Source: Candidatus Krumholzibacteriia bacterium | Lineage (GTDB): Bacteria; Krumholzibacteriota; Krumholzibacteriia; WVZY01 | Length of the DNA stretch: 24,562 nt | Assembly (NCBI GenBank): GCA_036478295.1 | Contig: JAZGDW010000277.1 | Location: 1 to 24,562 of the forward strand | Direction: 5' to 3' | Shown here: positions 15,335-23,775 of the stretch, one piece after another | Layout: each line of letters opens with the position of its first letter | Numbering within the stretch: position 1 is the stretch's first letter | Notes under the pieces: model-generated | What the model was told of the DNA's origin: nothing | The model's input: only the letters and a program-made list of their open reading frames with translations | Databases searched by the model: none | Translations under genes and position numbers: made by a program

Positions 15335-16231
15335 TCACCGGGGCTCGGCCGAAACCGTGTCCGGCACCGTCTCCGTCTTCCAGTCGGGAACATTCATGTA
15401 CTCTATGTCCGCCGCGGCGTAGAGCGTCGCAACCAGACTGTCGTAGACCGCCACCCGTTTCTCCAGGGTGAGGAGGTTTGCGATCTCGTCCCTGACGTCT
15501 TCGAAACCCAGCTTGACCCTCGCGGTCCGGATGTCGGTAATGCGGATTATGTGGTACCCGAAGTCCGACTCGATGATGCCGCTGACGTCGCCGACCTTCA
15601 TGTCGAAAACGACGTCCTCAAACTCGGCGATCATGTTCCCCTTTGAAAGATAACCAAGATCGCCACCGCCGCCAGAGTGTTTATCGATGGAATACCTGCG
15701 GGCAAGATAAGCAAAGCTGCGCTTGCCAATCTGATCTGTAACTTTTTCCGCATCGTCGAGCGTGTTGACGAGGATGTGGCTCACCCGGTAGTCGGTTTTG
15801 TACTCGTGCTCGTGCTTCTGGTAGTAACTCCGGACCTCGCCCTCGCTCACGGTTGCGTTTTCCTGGATGACCTTCTGCACGAGTTGATCCGCCACCATGT
15901 CCTTTTCATACTGCCTCATCCGCGCCTTGACATCCTCTCCTATCCCGATTCTCGATCGGAGGACCTCGTTGTACAAGAGCTGCGTGGTCACCCAACGGTC
16001 GACGTATTCCTTTCGTTCTTCGGAAGTGAGTACTTTCTGGTAGTCTTCAGGCAGATAGTAGTCGAATTCGCGCTTGGTCAGTGCTTTTCCGTTGACCCTC
16101 ACGAGAACTGGCGACCCGTCCTCCTGCCTGGAGGACACCGGGCGCCGTTCGCATCCCACGACCACCGCTGCCACGAGCGCAAAAACGACAATAGGGAGCG
16201 TCAGGCTCCCTACCATCGACCGGTTTTCCAT
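15335..16231 (-). CDS. PrsA-like peptidylprolyl isomerase lipoprotein, one parvulin domain (about 298 aa)
   Basis: Start revised to the ATG at 16231 (alternative ATG at 16216), because the ORF-track start overlaps the upstream gene. Lipobox VVG-C. Motifs VSHILV, LARRYSID..SGGGGDLG, GYHII. Confidence 0.88.
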   Translation of the reverse strand: MENRSMVGSLTLPIVVFALVAAVVVGCERRPVSSRQEDGSPVLVRVNGKALTKREFDYYLPEDYQKVLTSEERKEYVDRWVTTQLLYNEVLRSRIGIGEDVKARMRQYEKDMVADQLVQKVIQENATVSEGEVRSYYQKHEHEYKTDYRVSHILVNTLDDAEKVTDQIGKRSFAYLARRYSIDKHSGGGGDLGYLSKGNMIAEFEDVVFDMKVGDVSGIIESDFGYHIIRITDIRTARVKLGFEDVRDEIANLLTLEKRVAVYDSLVATLYAAADIEYMNVPDWKTETVPDTVSAEPR

Positions 16232-16254
16232 GCGATCCACGCTGCCTACTTTCC

Positions 16255-17970
16255 TCAATTGAACCTGACGCCTCGCTGGGGCCGCTTGTCGACCTTCGCT
16301 TTCTTCAGGTTCTTCTCGTAGATCGTTATTGGCACTTCCTCCCGCCACTTTTGCAGCAGCTCATTGAGCCGTTCGTCGTTTGCAAGGGTTTTCAGATAGT
16401 GGTTTATGTCATGCGTCGCGTCCGTCAGCGGCAGGATGCGCTCCGGTCGCCGCTCGTAAAGCTTGAGAATGAGCCATCCTCGCGAGGAATCGAAAGGCTC
16501 GGTGAAATCACCGACGTTCTTCAAAGTAAAACCTTGCTCATCGAAATCCTCTTGCTCACCCTTGGTCATGAAACGATCAGTCGCCTGCATTTGTGCGGCC
16601 AGCTCCTGGACATTGAATTGCTCGGCGACACGCTCGAAGGGAAGGCCTTTCGACAGCCGGCGGTGGGCAAGCTGCGCGTCGGCGCGGCTGCCAGTGAGAA
16701 TGATGCCGAAACGCCGCTCCTCGGCACGCCGGAATTGCTCCAGGTTGTCGTTGTAATACTGCTCGATATCCCTGGGGTTTATGACCGCCTGCTTGTCCAC
16801 CAGGTCCTGGAAGAGTTTGTCGACCATGAGCTGCTCCCGCTTTCTGTTGAGCATCGCCGCTACTTCGGGTTCGTCCTCGATACCGGACTCTTCCAGTTCG
16901 TATGTGATCAGCTCGTTCATGATGATGTCGACAAGAAACTTCTTGATATCCCCGAGGCGGCTTTGCCTGCGCGGTCTTTGGAAGAAGGAGGCCCTGTCGT
17001 ACAGATCGGAGAAATCCTTCATCGTTATGAACTTCTCATCGTACGTGACGAGGGGCTGGTCCAAATCCTCGGGGGCGATGCGCAGGAGCGGGTATACCTC
17101 CGTGCTGCGAACGGGCGGGCTGGTCAGCGGGCGGTCGGCCGGCAGATAACTAAACGCTGTCTTTATATTGTCCTCGAAAAACTCGAAACCGTGCCTGGCT
17201 CGAATGTCGTCCGACATATCCTGCGTCAACCTGATCTGTTTTTGCATCCGCACGAGTTTCGTCAGGTTTTCCCGCTCTTCCTTGAATGGGTTCGGCGGGG
17301 TCCGGCTTTCCTTGACGACCTTGATGACAAACCACCCGTACTGGCTAAGGATGGGGTGGGTGACGTCGCCTACTTTCGTCGCAAAGAGCTCGTTCTGGAA
17401 GCGCGGTGGGAAGGTGCCATACACCGCGTTGATGATTCTGCCGCCTTCCTCCGCATCGGGACCCTTGGAGTATTCCCTGCAGACCGACTCGAAATCGCTC
17501 CCTTCCTGGAGAAGGTCGTAGACCGCCTCGGCCTCGTCTTTCGTATCCAGCAGGATCTGTTTCACCTGGAGGTTCGTACCGTGCTTTTTGTAATACTCTT
17601 TCAGCTCTTTTTCCGTCGGTTCGAGCTTGTCCGCCACCTTTATCTTCAGATATCCGGCCTGCAAGCCGACCTGTTTGAAGGCCTGCATACCCGCAACGAC
17701 ATACTCGTCCTTGTCGTACCCCAGTTCATCTGCCTTGAGCGCCATGAGCTCCCGGTCGATCATGGTCGAGAGAAATTCCTTCAACCCCTCGAGGTCTTGG
17801 GTGTCCGGCAAGAATTTCGGATCGACAGTCACGAATGTGTTCTCGTACGTCGAGAGCGAGATGGTCCGGTCCTTGATCTTTGCGACCAGAATCTCATCCC
17901 GGTTCTTGCTGCACGACAACATGAACAGCATCGGGATCCAGAGCACAGATGCAATACGCTTGAACCACAT
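16255..17970 (-). CDS. Tandem two-module parvulin/SurA-like lipoprotein with degenerate PPIase sites (571 aa)
   Basis: Start revised to the ATG at 17970, with AAGGAGAGG just upstream. Signal MWFKRIASVLWIPMLFMLS-C. Two repeats of helical chaperone domain + parvulin fold (VKQIL...FESVCREYS...GG...YGWFVIKV; RFGIIL...FERVAEQF...RGWLILKL). Confidence 0.88.
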   Translation of the reverse strand: MWFKRIASVLWIPMLFMLSCSKNRDEILVAKIKDRTISLSTYENTFVTVDPKFLPDTQDLEGLKEFLSTMIDRELMALKADELGYDKDEYVVAGMQAFKQVGLQAGYLKIKVADKLEPTEKELKEYYKKHGTNLQVKQILLDTKDEAEAVYDLLQEGSDFESVCREYSKGPDAEEGGRIINAVYGTFPPRFQNELFATKVGDVTHPILSQYGWFVIKVVKESRTPPNPFKEERENLTKLVRMQKQIRLTQDMSDDIRARHGFEFFEDNIKTAFSYLPADRPLTSPPVRSTEVYPLLRIAPEDLDQPLVTYDEKFITMKDFSDLYDRASFFQRPRRQSRLGDIKKFLVDIIMNELITYELEESGIEDEPEVAAMLNRKREQLMVDKLFQDLVDKQAVINPRDIEQYYNDNLEQFRRAEERRFGIILTGSRADAQLAHRRLSKGLPFERVAEQFNVQELAAQMQATDRFMTKGEQEDFDEQGFTLKNVGDFTEPFDSSRGWLILKLYERRPERILPLTDATHDINHYLKTLANDERLNELLQKWREEVPITIYEKNLKKAKVDKRPQRGVRFN

Positions 17971-18012
17971 AAGAAACCTCTCCTTTGGAACCGCCACGAG
18001 TACGGATTGGGA

Positions 18013-18143
18013 TTATTGAGAAATAACCTGCCCGGCAGCCAGGCTACGGGTTTTCCCCGCTACGACCTGGGGCGCCCTCGGATACGCCGGCTGCGGCTCT
18101 TGCCGCGGCACCGTACCCGATGGGGTACCGGCAACAGCATATC
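18013..18143 (-). other. Candidate structured 5' leader RNA upstream of the chaperone cluster
   Basis: Nested stems: GAUAUGC/GCGUAUC closing two hairpins (18113-18128, 18093-18106), then CCAGG/CCUGG enclosing CGGG-GAAAA-CCCG, and two small hairpins. No known RNA family recognised. Confidence 0.35.
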
Positions 18144-18144
18144 T

Positions 18145-18159
18145 GTATAGTATAGTATA
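18145..18159 (-). promoter_or_regulatory. (TATAC)3 giving two overlapping TATACT -10-like boxes; candidate internal promoter
   Basis: The - strand reads TATACTATACTATAC, 11 nt after the mfd stop. Only a weak -35 is present (TTCCTG, 17 nt upstream of the downstream box). Confidence 0.45.
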
Positions 18160-18170
18160 AAACGAGCTGT

Positions 18171-21100
18171 TCAGGAAGCTGCCGGATGTTCGAGACGGTC
18201 CGTTGTATCATATTCCCAGGCGGCCTTCAACAGCTTTCCCGTCTCGTCGAAGAGCCGGCCGCCACCCCCACCGGCAAGAGTTAACCCGAAGGCACCTCCA
18301 GCTTTAAACAACACCCGCCCCTCAAAAGTTTCAACCAACCGGGCGCAGAGCCGGGGCTCGAGGGATTTTCCGGGCAGGAACTCCATGGCCATACGGTCCG
18401 GTTTGATCTGTACGAACGCGGCGCCGAGCGCCTCGCCAAGGACCTTGATCTTGGTAACTTCTATTAAATTAATAGCTTCGGCCGGTGGCCTGCCGAAGCG
18501 ATCGATAATCTCGGCCTCGAGCTGATCGACGTCCTCCGGGTTCCTCAGCCGCGCGAGCCGGCGGTAGAGGGTCATGCGCTCGTCCTGGTCCTCGACATAA
18601 GACTCGGGCAGGAAACACGGGCGCCGTGTCTCGATGCGACACGGCGGCGTCTCTTCAGTGGCCTTTCCCTGCAGGTCCCCGACAGCCTGCTTGAGCATCT
18701 TGCAGTACAGCTCAAAGCCCACGGCCAGCATCTGCCCGTGCTGCTCGGTGCCCAGGACGTTGCCGGCGCCGCGGATCTCGAGATCGCGCATGGCCAGTCG
18801 ATAGCCGCTCCCCAGTTCCGCGAACTCCTCCATGGCCTGCAGACGTTTGCTCGCATCCCGCGTGATGGCAAAATTCCGTGGCACGAGCAGGTACGCGAAC
18901 GCCTGCCGCTCCCTGCGGCCTACCCGGCCCCGCAGCTGGTAAAGCTCGGCCAATCCGAAGCGATCCGCCCGGTTTATGATGATGGTGTTCACGTTTGGAA
19001 AATCGAGTCCCGATTCTATGATGGTGGTGCAGAGCAGCACGTCGAACTTGTGGTCGAGAAACGCGAGGATGGACGATTCCAGCTCTTTCTCGGTCATCTG
19101 CCCGTGAGCCACCGTGACCCTCAAGTCCGGCATGAGGCGTTCGAGAACCGCCTGCATGGAATAGATCGAGGCGACCCTGTTGTAGACGAAGAACACCTGG
19201 CCCCGGCGGGCCACTTCCGCCGAGATCGCCTGCACGATGGTATCTTCGTCGAACGGCAGCACCTCGGTCCGCACCGGGTGGCGGTTGCGCGGGGGCGTAT
19301 CGATAACCGATATCGGTCTCAAACCGGACAACGCCATGTAGAGCGTGCGCGGAATCGGAGTTGCCGTCAGCGACAGAACGTCCACCGATTTTTTCAAGAG
19401 CTTGAGCTTCTCCTTGCTCTTCACACCGAAGCGGTGCTCCTCGTCGATAATTAGCAGGCCGAGGTCGTTAAAGACGATGTCCTTTGACAGCAGGCGGTGG
19501 GTGCCTATGACGACGTCCACGTTGCCCTTTGCGACTTCCCCGATGATCGCCTTCTGCTCAGACGGTGTCTTGAAGCGGCTCAACATTTCTACCCGCACGG
19601 GAAACTCACCGATTCGTTCACGGAACGTCTGCTGGTGCTGCATGGCCAGAATGGTCGTCGGTACAAGCACGGCGACCTGCTTGCCACCGTCCACGGCCTT
19701 GAATGCCGCACGCACCGCGACCTCGGTCTTTCCGAACCCGACGTCTCCACAGATCAGGCGGTCCATCGGCCGTGGTGCTTCCATATCCGTCTTGATTTCT
19801 TCCGTGGACCGCAGCTGGTCGGGGGTTTCTTCGAAAGGAAAGGCCGCCTCGAGCTGCTTTTGCCATTGTGTATCCGGTTGAAAACTATTGCCTGTGGCGA
19901 TTTCCCTTTCGGCGTAGGCCTGTATCATCTCACGGGCCACGTTCTCGAGCGCTTTCCGGGTCCGGGCTTTCGTGCGCTGCCACTTGGGACTGCCCAGGCG
20001 GTCGAGCTTCGGTACCAGGCCCTCTTTGCCCACGTACTTCTCCACCAGCGGCATCTGCTCCAGCGGAACGAAGATGCGGTCGTTCGCGTCGTAGCGCAGG
20101 TTGAGACACTCCGTTTCTCCGCCGTGCACGGCGACCTTTTCGAGGCCCACGTAGCGACCGATGCCGTAGTCCACGTGCACGACGAAATCTCCCGCCTGCA
20201 GGTGCTCCTGGCGGTGTCCCTGTGAGCGGCGCGTCTTGCGCTTGCCAGTCGGGCGCGGCGGAACACGATGAAAGATCTGATGATCGGTCAGGACCGCGAG
20301 TCCCGCCTCTTCCCACACAAAACCCGAGCTGATCCAGCCCACGGGCAGATGAACCAGCTCCTCGTCGTCGGCGAGCATGTCGGCCAGTCGCTCGCGCTGT
20401 GTTGGGCTTCCAGAAAAAATCTGGATCTCTATTTTCTTCTCATACAGTTTGCGAATGATTTTTATGAGTGAGTCGAACTTGCCGAGGATTGTGGGATGTT
20501 CCGCGGTGTGAAACATCACGACGTCCTTTGGCGGCAACGGGTTCTTCACGGTCGCCGGCGCGGTCGCCTTCTGCAATTCCCACAGATGGATATGCGGAAT
20601 GTCGAACGACGTGTAGTAATCCGGTGCGTGCATGTATTCGCTCAGATCGAGAACAGGGTATTCCGGTTCGGCCAGCTTGCGGATCTTGTCGAATCCCTCG
20701 CTTACGTCTTCCAGCGCCCTGCCCAAACCTTCTTCATTCCAGAAGAAGAGCACCGGCATTTCATGAAAGAAATCCAGCAGGCTGCCGACGACACCCATCG
20801 CGGGAGCGTAACGCCGGATCAGGTATGAGAAGTGATGGTGTTCGATTTCGCTCTGGATCTCCGAGACGACTTCGTCGGACAGCCGGCATCGCCGCAGGTT
20901 TTCTGCGAGGCTTTCCATGGATTGCTCAGTTACGAGCACGCTGGCCGCCGGCAGGATCCTCAGACTCTCCATGGTGTGAAGCGAGGCCTGTGAGTCAATA
21001 TCAAACGCGCGCATCGAGGTCAGGTCATCATCGAAGAGCTCCAGACGGACCGGGTGCGTCCACGACGGGTCAAAAATGTCAACGATCGACCCGCGCACGG

Positions 21101-21659
21101 CGAACTGTCCCAGTTCCTCCACCGTCGACACGGCCTCGTAGCCGACGGACACCAAATGTTCACGCAGTTCCTCCAGATCCACTCGCTGGTTGAGCTCCAG
21201 CTGCCTGGAGTTGCGGGCAAAAACGTCGACGGGCAGGGTCTTCCCCAGAAATCCCGGCAGGCTGGTAACGACGATGTCCACGCTGTCCCGCAGGATGCGA
21301 TCCAGGCACGCGTTGCGTAGTCCGTGGATGGTCAGGTCCTCTTTGAGCTCGAAGCGCTGTGGAAGAATGTCCTTTTCGGGAAACAGCCGCGTGCTCGCCA
21401 TGGAGATGCCCTGGAGATCGGAGCAGACGTCCTGGGCCGTCTCCGCGTCGGTGCAGCACACTACCACCGCGCGCCCCAGCGTCGAGCGGATCGCCTCGAG
21501 GACGAGGGCGGGCGATGACCCGCGCAGACCGCTCAGGTCGACGCGGCGTGTGCCGGCCTCGATGGTACGGATAACGCGTCTTACCTCGGGCTGCTCGAGC
21601 ACGCGGCGGATGAGCGTGGATGGCCCAGGTTTGTCCGGGTTCGTTCTCGTTTGCGACAT
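18171..21659 (-). CDS. mfd: Transcription-repair coupling factor Mfd
   Basis: UvrB-like N-module (FAVRGSIVDIF), RID (GDFVVHVDYGIGRY.G), GDVGFGKTEVA, DEEHRFG, TATPIPRT, QLRGRVGR, RDLEIRGAGNVLG.EQHG, and a C-terminal TRCF domain. Confidence 0.98.
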   Translation of the reverse strand: MSQTRTNPDKPGPSTLIRRVLEQPEVRRVIRTIEAGTRRVDLSGLRGSSPALVLEAIRSTLGRAVVVCCTDAETAQDVCSDLQGISMASTRLFPEKDILPQRFELKEDLTIHGLRNACLDRILRDSVDIVVTSLPGFLGKTLPVDVFARNSRQLELNQRVDLEELREHLVSVGYEAVSTVEELGQFAVRGSIVDIFDPSWTHPVRLELFDDDLTSMRAFDIDSQASLHTMESLRILPAASVLVTEQSMESLAENLRRCRLSDEVVSEIQSEIEHHHFSYLIRRYAPAMGVVGSLLDFFHEMPVLFFWNEEGLGRALEDVSEGFDKIRKLAEPEYPVLDLSEYMHAPDYYTSFDIPHIHLWELQKATAPATVKNPLPPKDVVMFHTAEHPTILGKFDSLIKIIRKLYEKKIEIQIFSGSPTQRERLADMLADDEELVHLPVGWISSGFVWEEAGLAVLTDHQIFHRVPPRPTGKRKTRRSQGHRQEHLQAGDFVVHVDYGIGRYVGLEKVAVHGGETECLNLRYDANDRIFVPLEQMPLVEKYVGKEGLVPKLDRLGSPKWQRTKARTRKALENVAREMIQAYAEREIATGNSFQPDTQWQKQLEAAFPFEETPDQLRSTEEIKTDMEAPRPMDRLICGDVGFGKTEVAVRAAFKAVDGGKQVAVLVPTTILAMQHQQTFRERIGEFPVRVEMLSRFKTPSEQKAIIGEVAKGNVDVVIGTHRLLSKDIVFNDLGLLIIDEEHRFGVKSKEKLKLLKKSVDVLSLTATPIPRTLYMALSGLRPISVIDTPPRNRHPVRTEVLPFDEDTIVQAISAEVARRGQVFFVYNRVASIYSMQAVLERLMPDLRVTVAHGQMTEKELESSILAFLDHKFDVLLCTTIIESGLDFPNVNTIIINRADRFGLAELYQLRGRVGRRERQAFAYLLVPRNFAITRDASKRLQAMEEFAELGSGYRLAMRDLEIRGAGNVLGTEQHGQMLAVGFELYCKMLKQAVGDLQGKATEETPPCRIETRRPCFLPESYVEDQDERMTLYRRLARLRNPEDVDQLEAEIIDRFGRPPAEAINLIEVTKIKVLGEALGAAFVQIKPDRMAMEFLPGKSLEPRLCARLVETFEGRVLFKAGGAFGLTLAGGGGGRLFDETGKLLKAAWEYDTTDRLEHPAAS

Positions 21660-21680
21660 TTGGTCCTGTGCTTTACGGTT

Positions 21681-23771
21681 CTACGCCTTGCGGCCAAGGA
21701 GCGCCTCGGCGATAAGGGCGGATACGGCAAGGATAAGAAAGAACGCGTAGATTTCCCTGCCCTGTTTTTCTCTTCGCAGGTTCTCGGCAAAGTCCACAGA
21801 CGTGTCGACCAGCCGCGCGCTGCCGAGCACTTTGTCGTCGAACACGATCGGGTTGAGGTTCGACTCGCGCGTGTCTACGTTCACCGCCACTCGCGCTACC
21901 TGGGCGGTACCCGCAAGCAGCCGGTAAAAGCCGATCTCCCGCGGTCGCTCCAGCATGGCCCGCGTGTCACCGTGTGGCGATTCATACAGCAGCGGTTTGC
22001 CTTCGAAGCCAGAGTCGTTCACGACGCGCAGTGATGAACGTGGCGCACCCCATCCCCCCGGAGGAAAATCAAAGAACAAATCGGTGCCGGCGTAGTTTTC
22101 CAGGTGAAAACCCGCTCCTTCCCTACTGGCCAGGTACGATACCGTCGTGTGTATAAGCGGCAAGAACATCGGAGACAACGGCAGGTCGCCGCTCGGCAGG
22201 TCCGGGGCGGCGGCGACCACTATAATTCGTCCCTTGCCGCGCCGACACTCCCAGATGCCGGGATCGCCGCTAGCAAGATACGCAAGAACCGAGTCCGGTG
22301 CAACACCGCTGACGGCAACGTAACTCCGCAGGCGGCTCATCGCCAGGAGCTCCAGCTCCTCTTTATTGAACAGGCTGAACACCGGATGGTCCTGTTCGAA
22401 GGAGGAGAAACGTTGCTCCTCCACCCCCTCTTTGAGCACTGCCTTTGCAACGCCCAGGTAGTGCAGAAAACCCTCGTCGCGCCAGAACGCCTTGCGGCTG
22501 TGCCCCATGAAAATCAGGGCGGAGCCTCCCCCCTGCACATATCGTTTGATGAGCTCGAATCGGCGCGGTCCGGGCTGTTGCGGGTCGGTCCACACGACGA
22601 CGCCCGTGCCGAGGAGGCTCGCGGTGGTGATCTCCTCTTCATCGACCGTGGACACGCTGAACTCGCCCTCGCCCGAGCCCCGTGGGTTGAGTGCTTTTTC
22701 AACGTAGAAATACGCGGCGGCCTGCTTGCCGCCATCAGCTAACCTGCGGCCACGAATGAGCGTGACGGGGATTTTTCTGGAAACCTCGAGCAAAAAAAAC
22801 CGGTCGTCGTCCACGGCCAGCCGATCTCTGTTTTTTGACACCCGGCACCTGTACGTGCCCCAATCGTTGATCGAAACCGCGAACGCAACCGTGGCCGAAG
22901 AGGCGGGCGACAGGTCCACCACTCTTTCCGCTTTGCGCTTGTCGCCCACCGACAGCTCGAGGGAAAAGTTCACCGCGTTCGTACGAGAATGGTTTGTCAG
23001 CGCGACTCCAATGCGGATCACTTCGCCGGGACGAATGAGTTTGCGCGGAATGAACACACGGTCGATGCTGACATTGTCCACCGCCTCTTCGTATACGGGC
23101 AAGAGAACCACCCGGACGTCGTCGGGCACACGGCCCGCGAGAACGGAGTCGGCGGGCTCGCGAAAGTCCGAGATGATGTAGATTTCCCCTCCCGCGATCT
23201 CGGACGCTTCGACCATCCCGACGGCCGTTTCCACGGCATGGGCCACGGCGGTGGGTTCGTTCGTGACCGCCAGGTCGCCGATCGCACTCTTTGCCGTTTG
23301 CTTGCTGCGGGTGCCGGTGTCGAAAAGCACGTCCGCCCGGGATGAGAATGAGATTACGTTTATCAAATCGTTTTCCCCTGCTTCATCGACCACCTGTTCG
23401 GCGAGTTCGCGGGCGGCGGTGAAGGCGGTGCCCGTTTCGCGTTCCACTCCCATGCTGGCGCTGACATCCAGGCATATCACCACGTTTCTCGCCGCCTTGG
23501 CGGGAATCAGAAGTGCAGCTCCTCCCCGAACAGTCGGGCGCGCGAAAGCAAGCACGATCAACAGAATGGCCAGCGTTCTCAACAGGAGAATGAGCCAGCG
23601 CCGCACGTTGATCTTGCGCATGCGCCGTTTGCTCATTTCTACAATGAACTCGAGCGAGCTGAACGCGACCTTGCGCTGGCGGCGCCGGTTCAAGATGTGA
23701 ATGATTATCGGCAGCGCGATTGCCGTCAGGGCGACCAGAAAGACGCTATTCAGAAATCCCAACCCGAGCAC
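21681..23771 (-). CDS. BatA-domain / vWA membrane protein (696 aa)
   Basis: N-terminal BatA double-TM pattern (PIIIHIL.R......FSSL.F; LLLRTLAILLIVLAFARP). MIDAS DVSAS...T...ISD. Ig/CARDB-like segment. C-terminal VAVNVD..ESNL and TM ending AEALL. GTG start 4 nt after the DUF58 stop. Confidence 0.88.
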   Translation of the reverse strand: MLGLGFLNSVFLVALTAIALPIIIHILNRRRQRKVAFSSLEFIVEMSKRRMRKINVRRWLILLLRTLAILLIVLAFARPTVRGGAALLIPAKAARNVVICLDVSASMGVERETGTAFTAARELAEQVVDEAGENDLINVISFSSRADVLFDTGTRSKQTAKSAIGDLAVTNEPTAVAHAVETAVGMVEASEIAGGEIYIISDFREPADSVLAGRVPDDVRVVLLPVYEEAVDNVSIDRVFIPRKLIRPGEVIRIGVALTNHSRTNAVNFSLELSVGDKRKAERVVDLSPASSATVAFAVSINDWGTYRCRVSKNRDRLAVDDDRFFLLEVSRKIPVTLIRGRRLADGGKQAAAYFYVEKALNPRGSGEGEFSVSTVDEEEITTASLLGTGVVVWTDPQQPGPRRFELIKRYVQGGGSALIFMGHSRKAFWRDEGFLHYLGVAKAVLKEGVEEQRFSSFEQDHPVFSLFNKEELELLAMSRLRSYVAVSGVAPDSVLAYLASGDPGIWECRRGKGRIIVVAAAPDLPSGDLPLSPMFLPLIHTTVSYLASREGAGFHLENYAGTDLFFDFPPGGWGAPRSSLRVVNDSGFEGKPLLYESPHGDTRAMLERPREIGFYRLLAGTAQVARVAVNVDTRESNLNPIVFDDKVLGSARLVDTSVDFAENLRREKQGREIYAFFLILAVSALIAEALLGRKA

Positions 23772-23775
23772 GAAA

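Noticed and set aside
16351..18150. 599-aa + strand ORF and other long + strand ORFs (159-968, 1996-3081, 10174-11214, 11962-12804 etc.)
   Set aside because: They are antisense shadows of well-supported - strand genes, expected in GC-rich DNA with strong codon bias. They show no recognisable motifs or SD.
18134..18170. LexA SOS box near the mfd stop (ACAG/CTGT words)
   Set aside because: Orientation and spacing do not fit CTGT-N8-ACAG, and the site is downstream of mfd rather than upstream.
22792..22799. A8/T8 homopolymer in the BatA/vWA gene as a phase-variation site
   Set aside because: The tract is short and simply encodes Phe-Phe-Leu in an intact frame. There is no evidence of variation.
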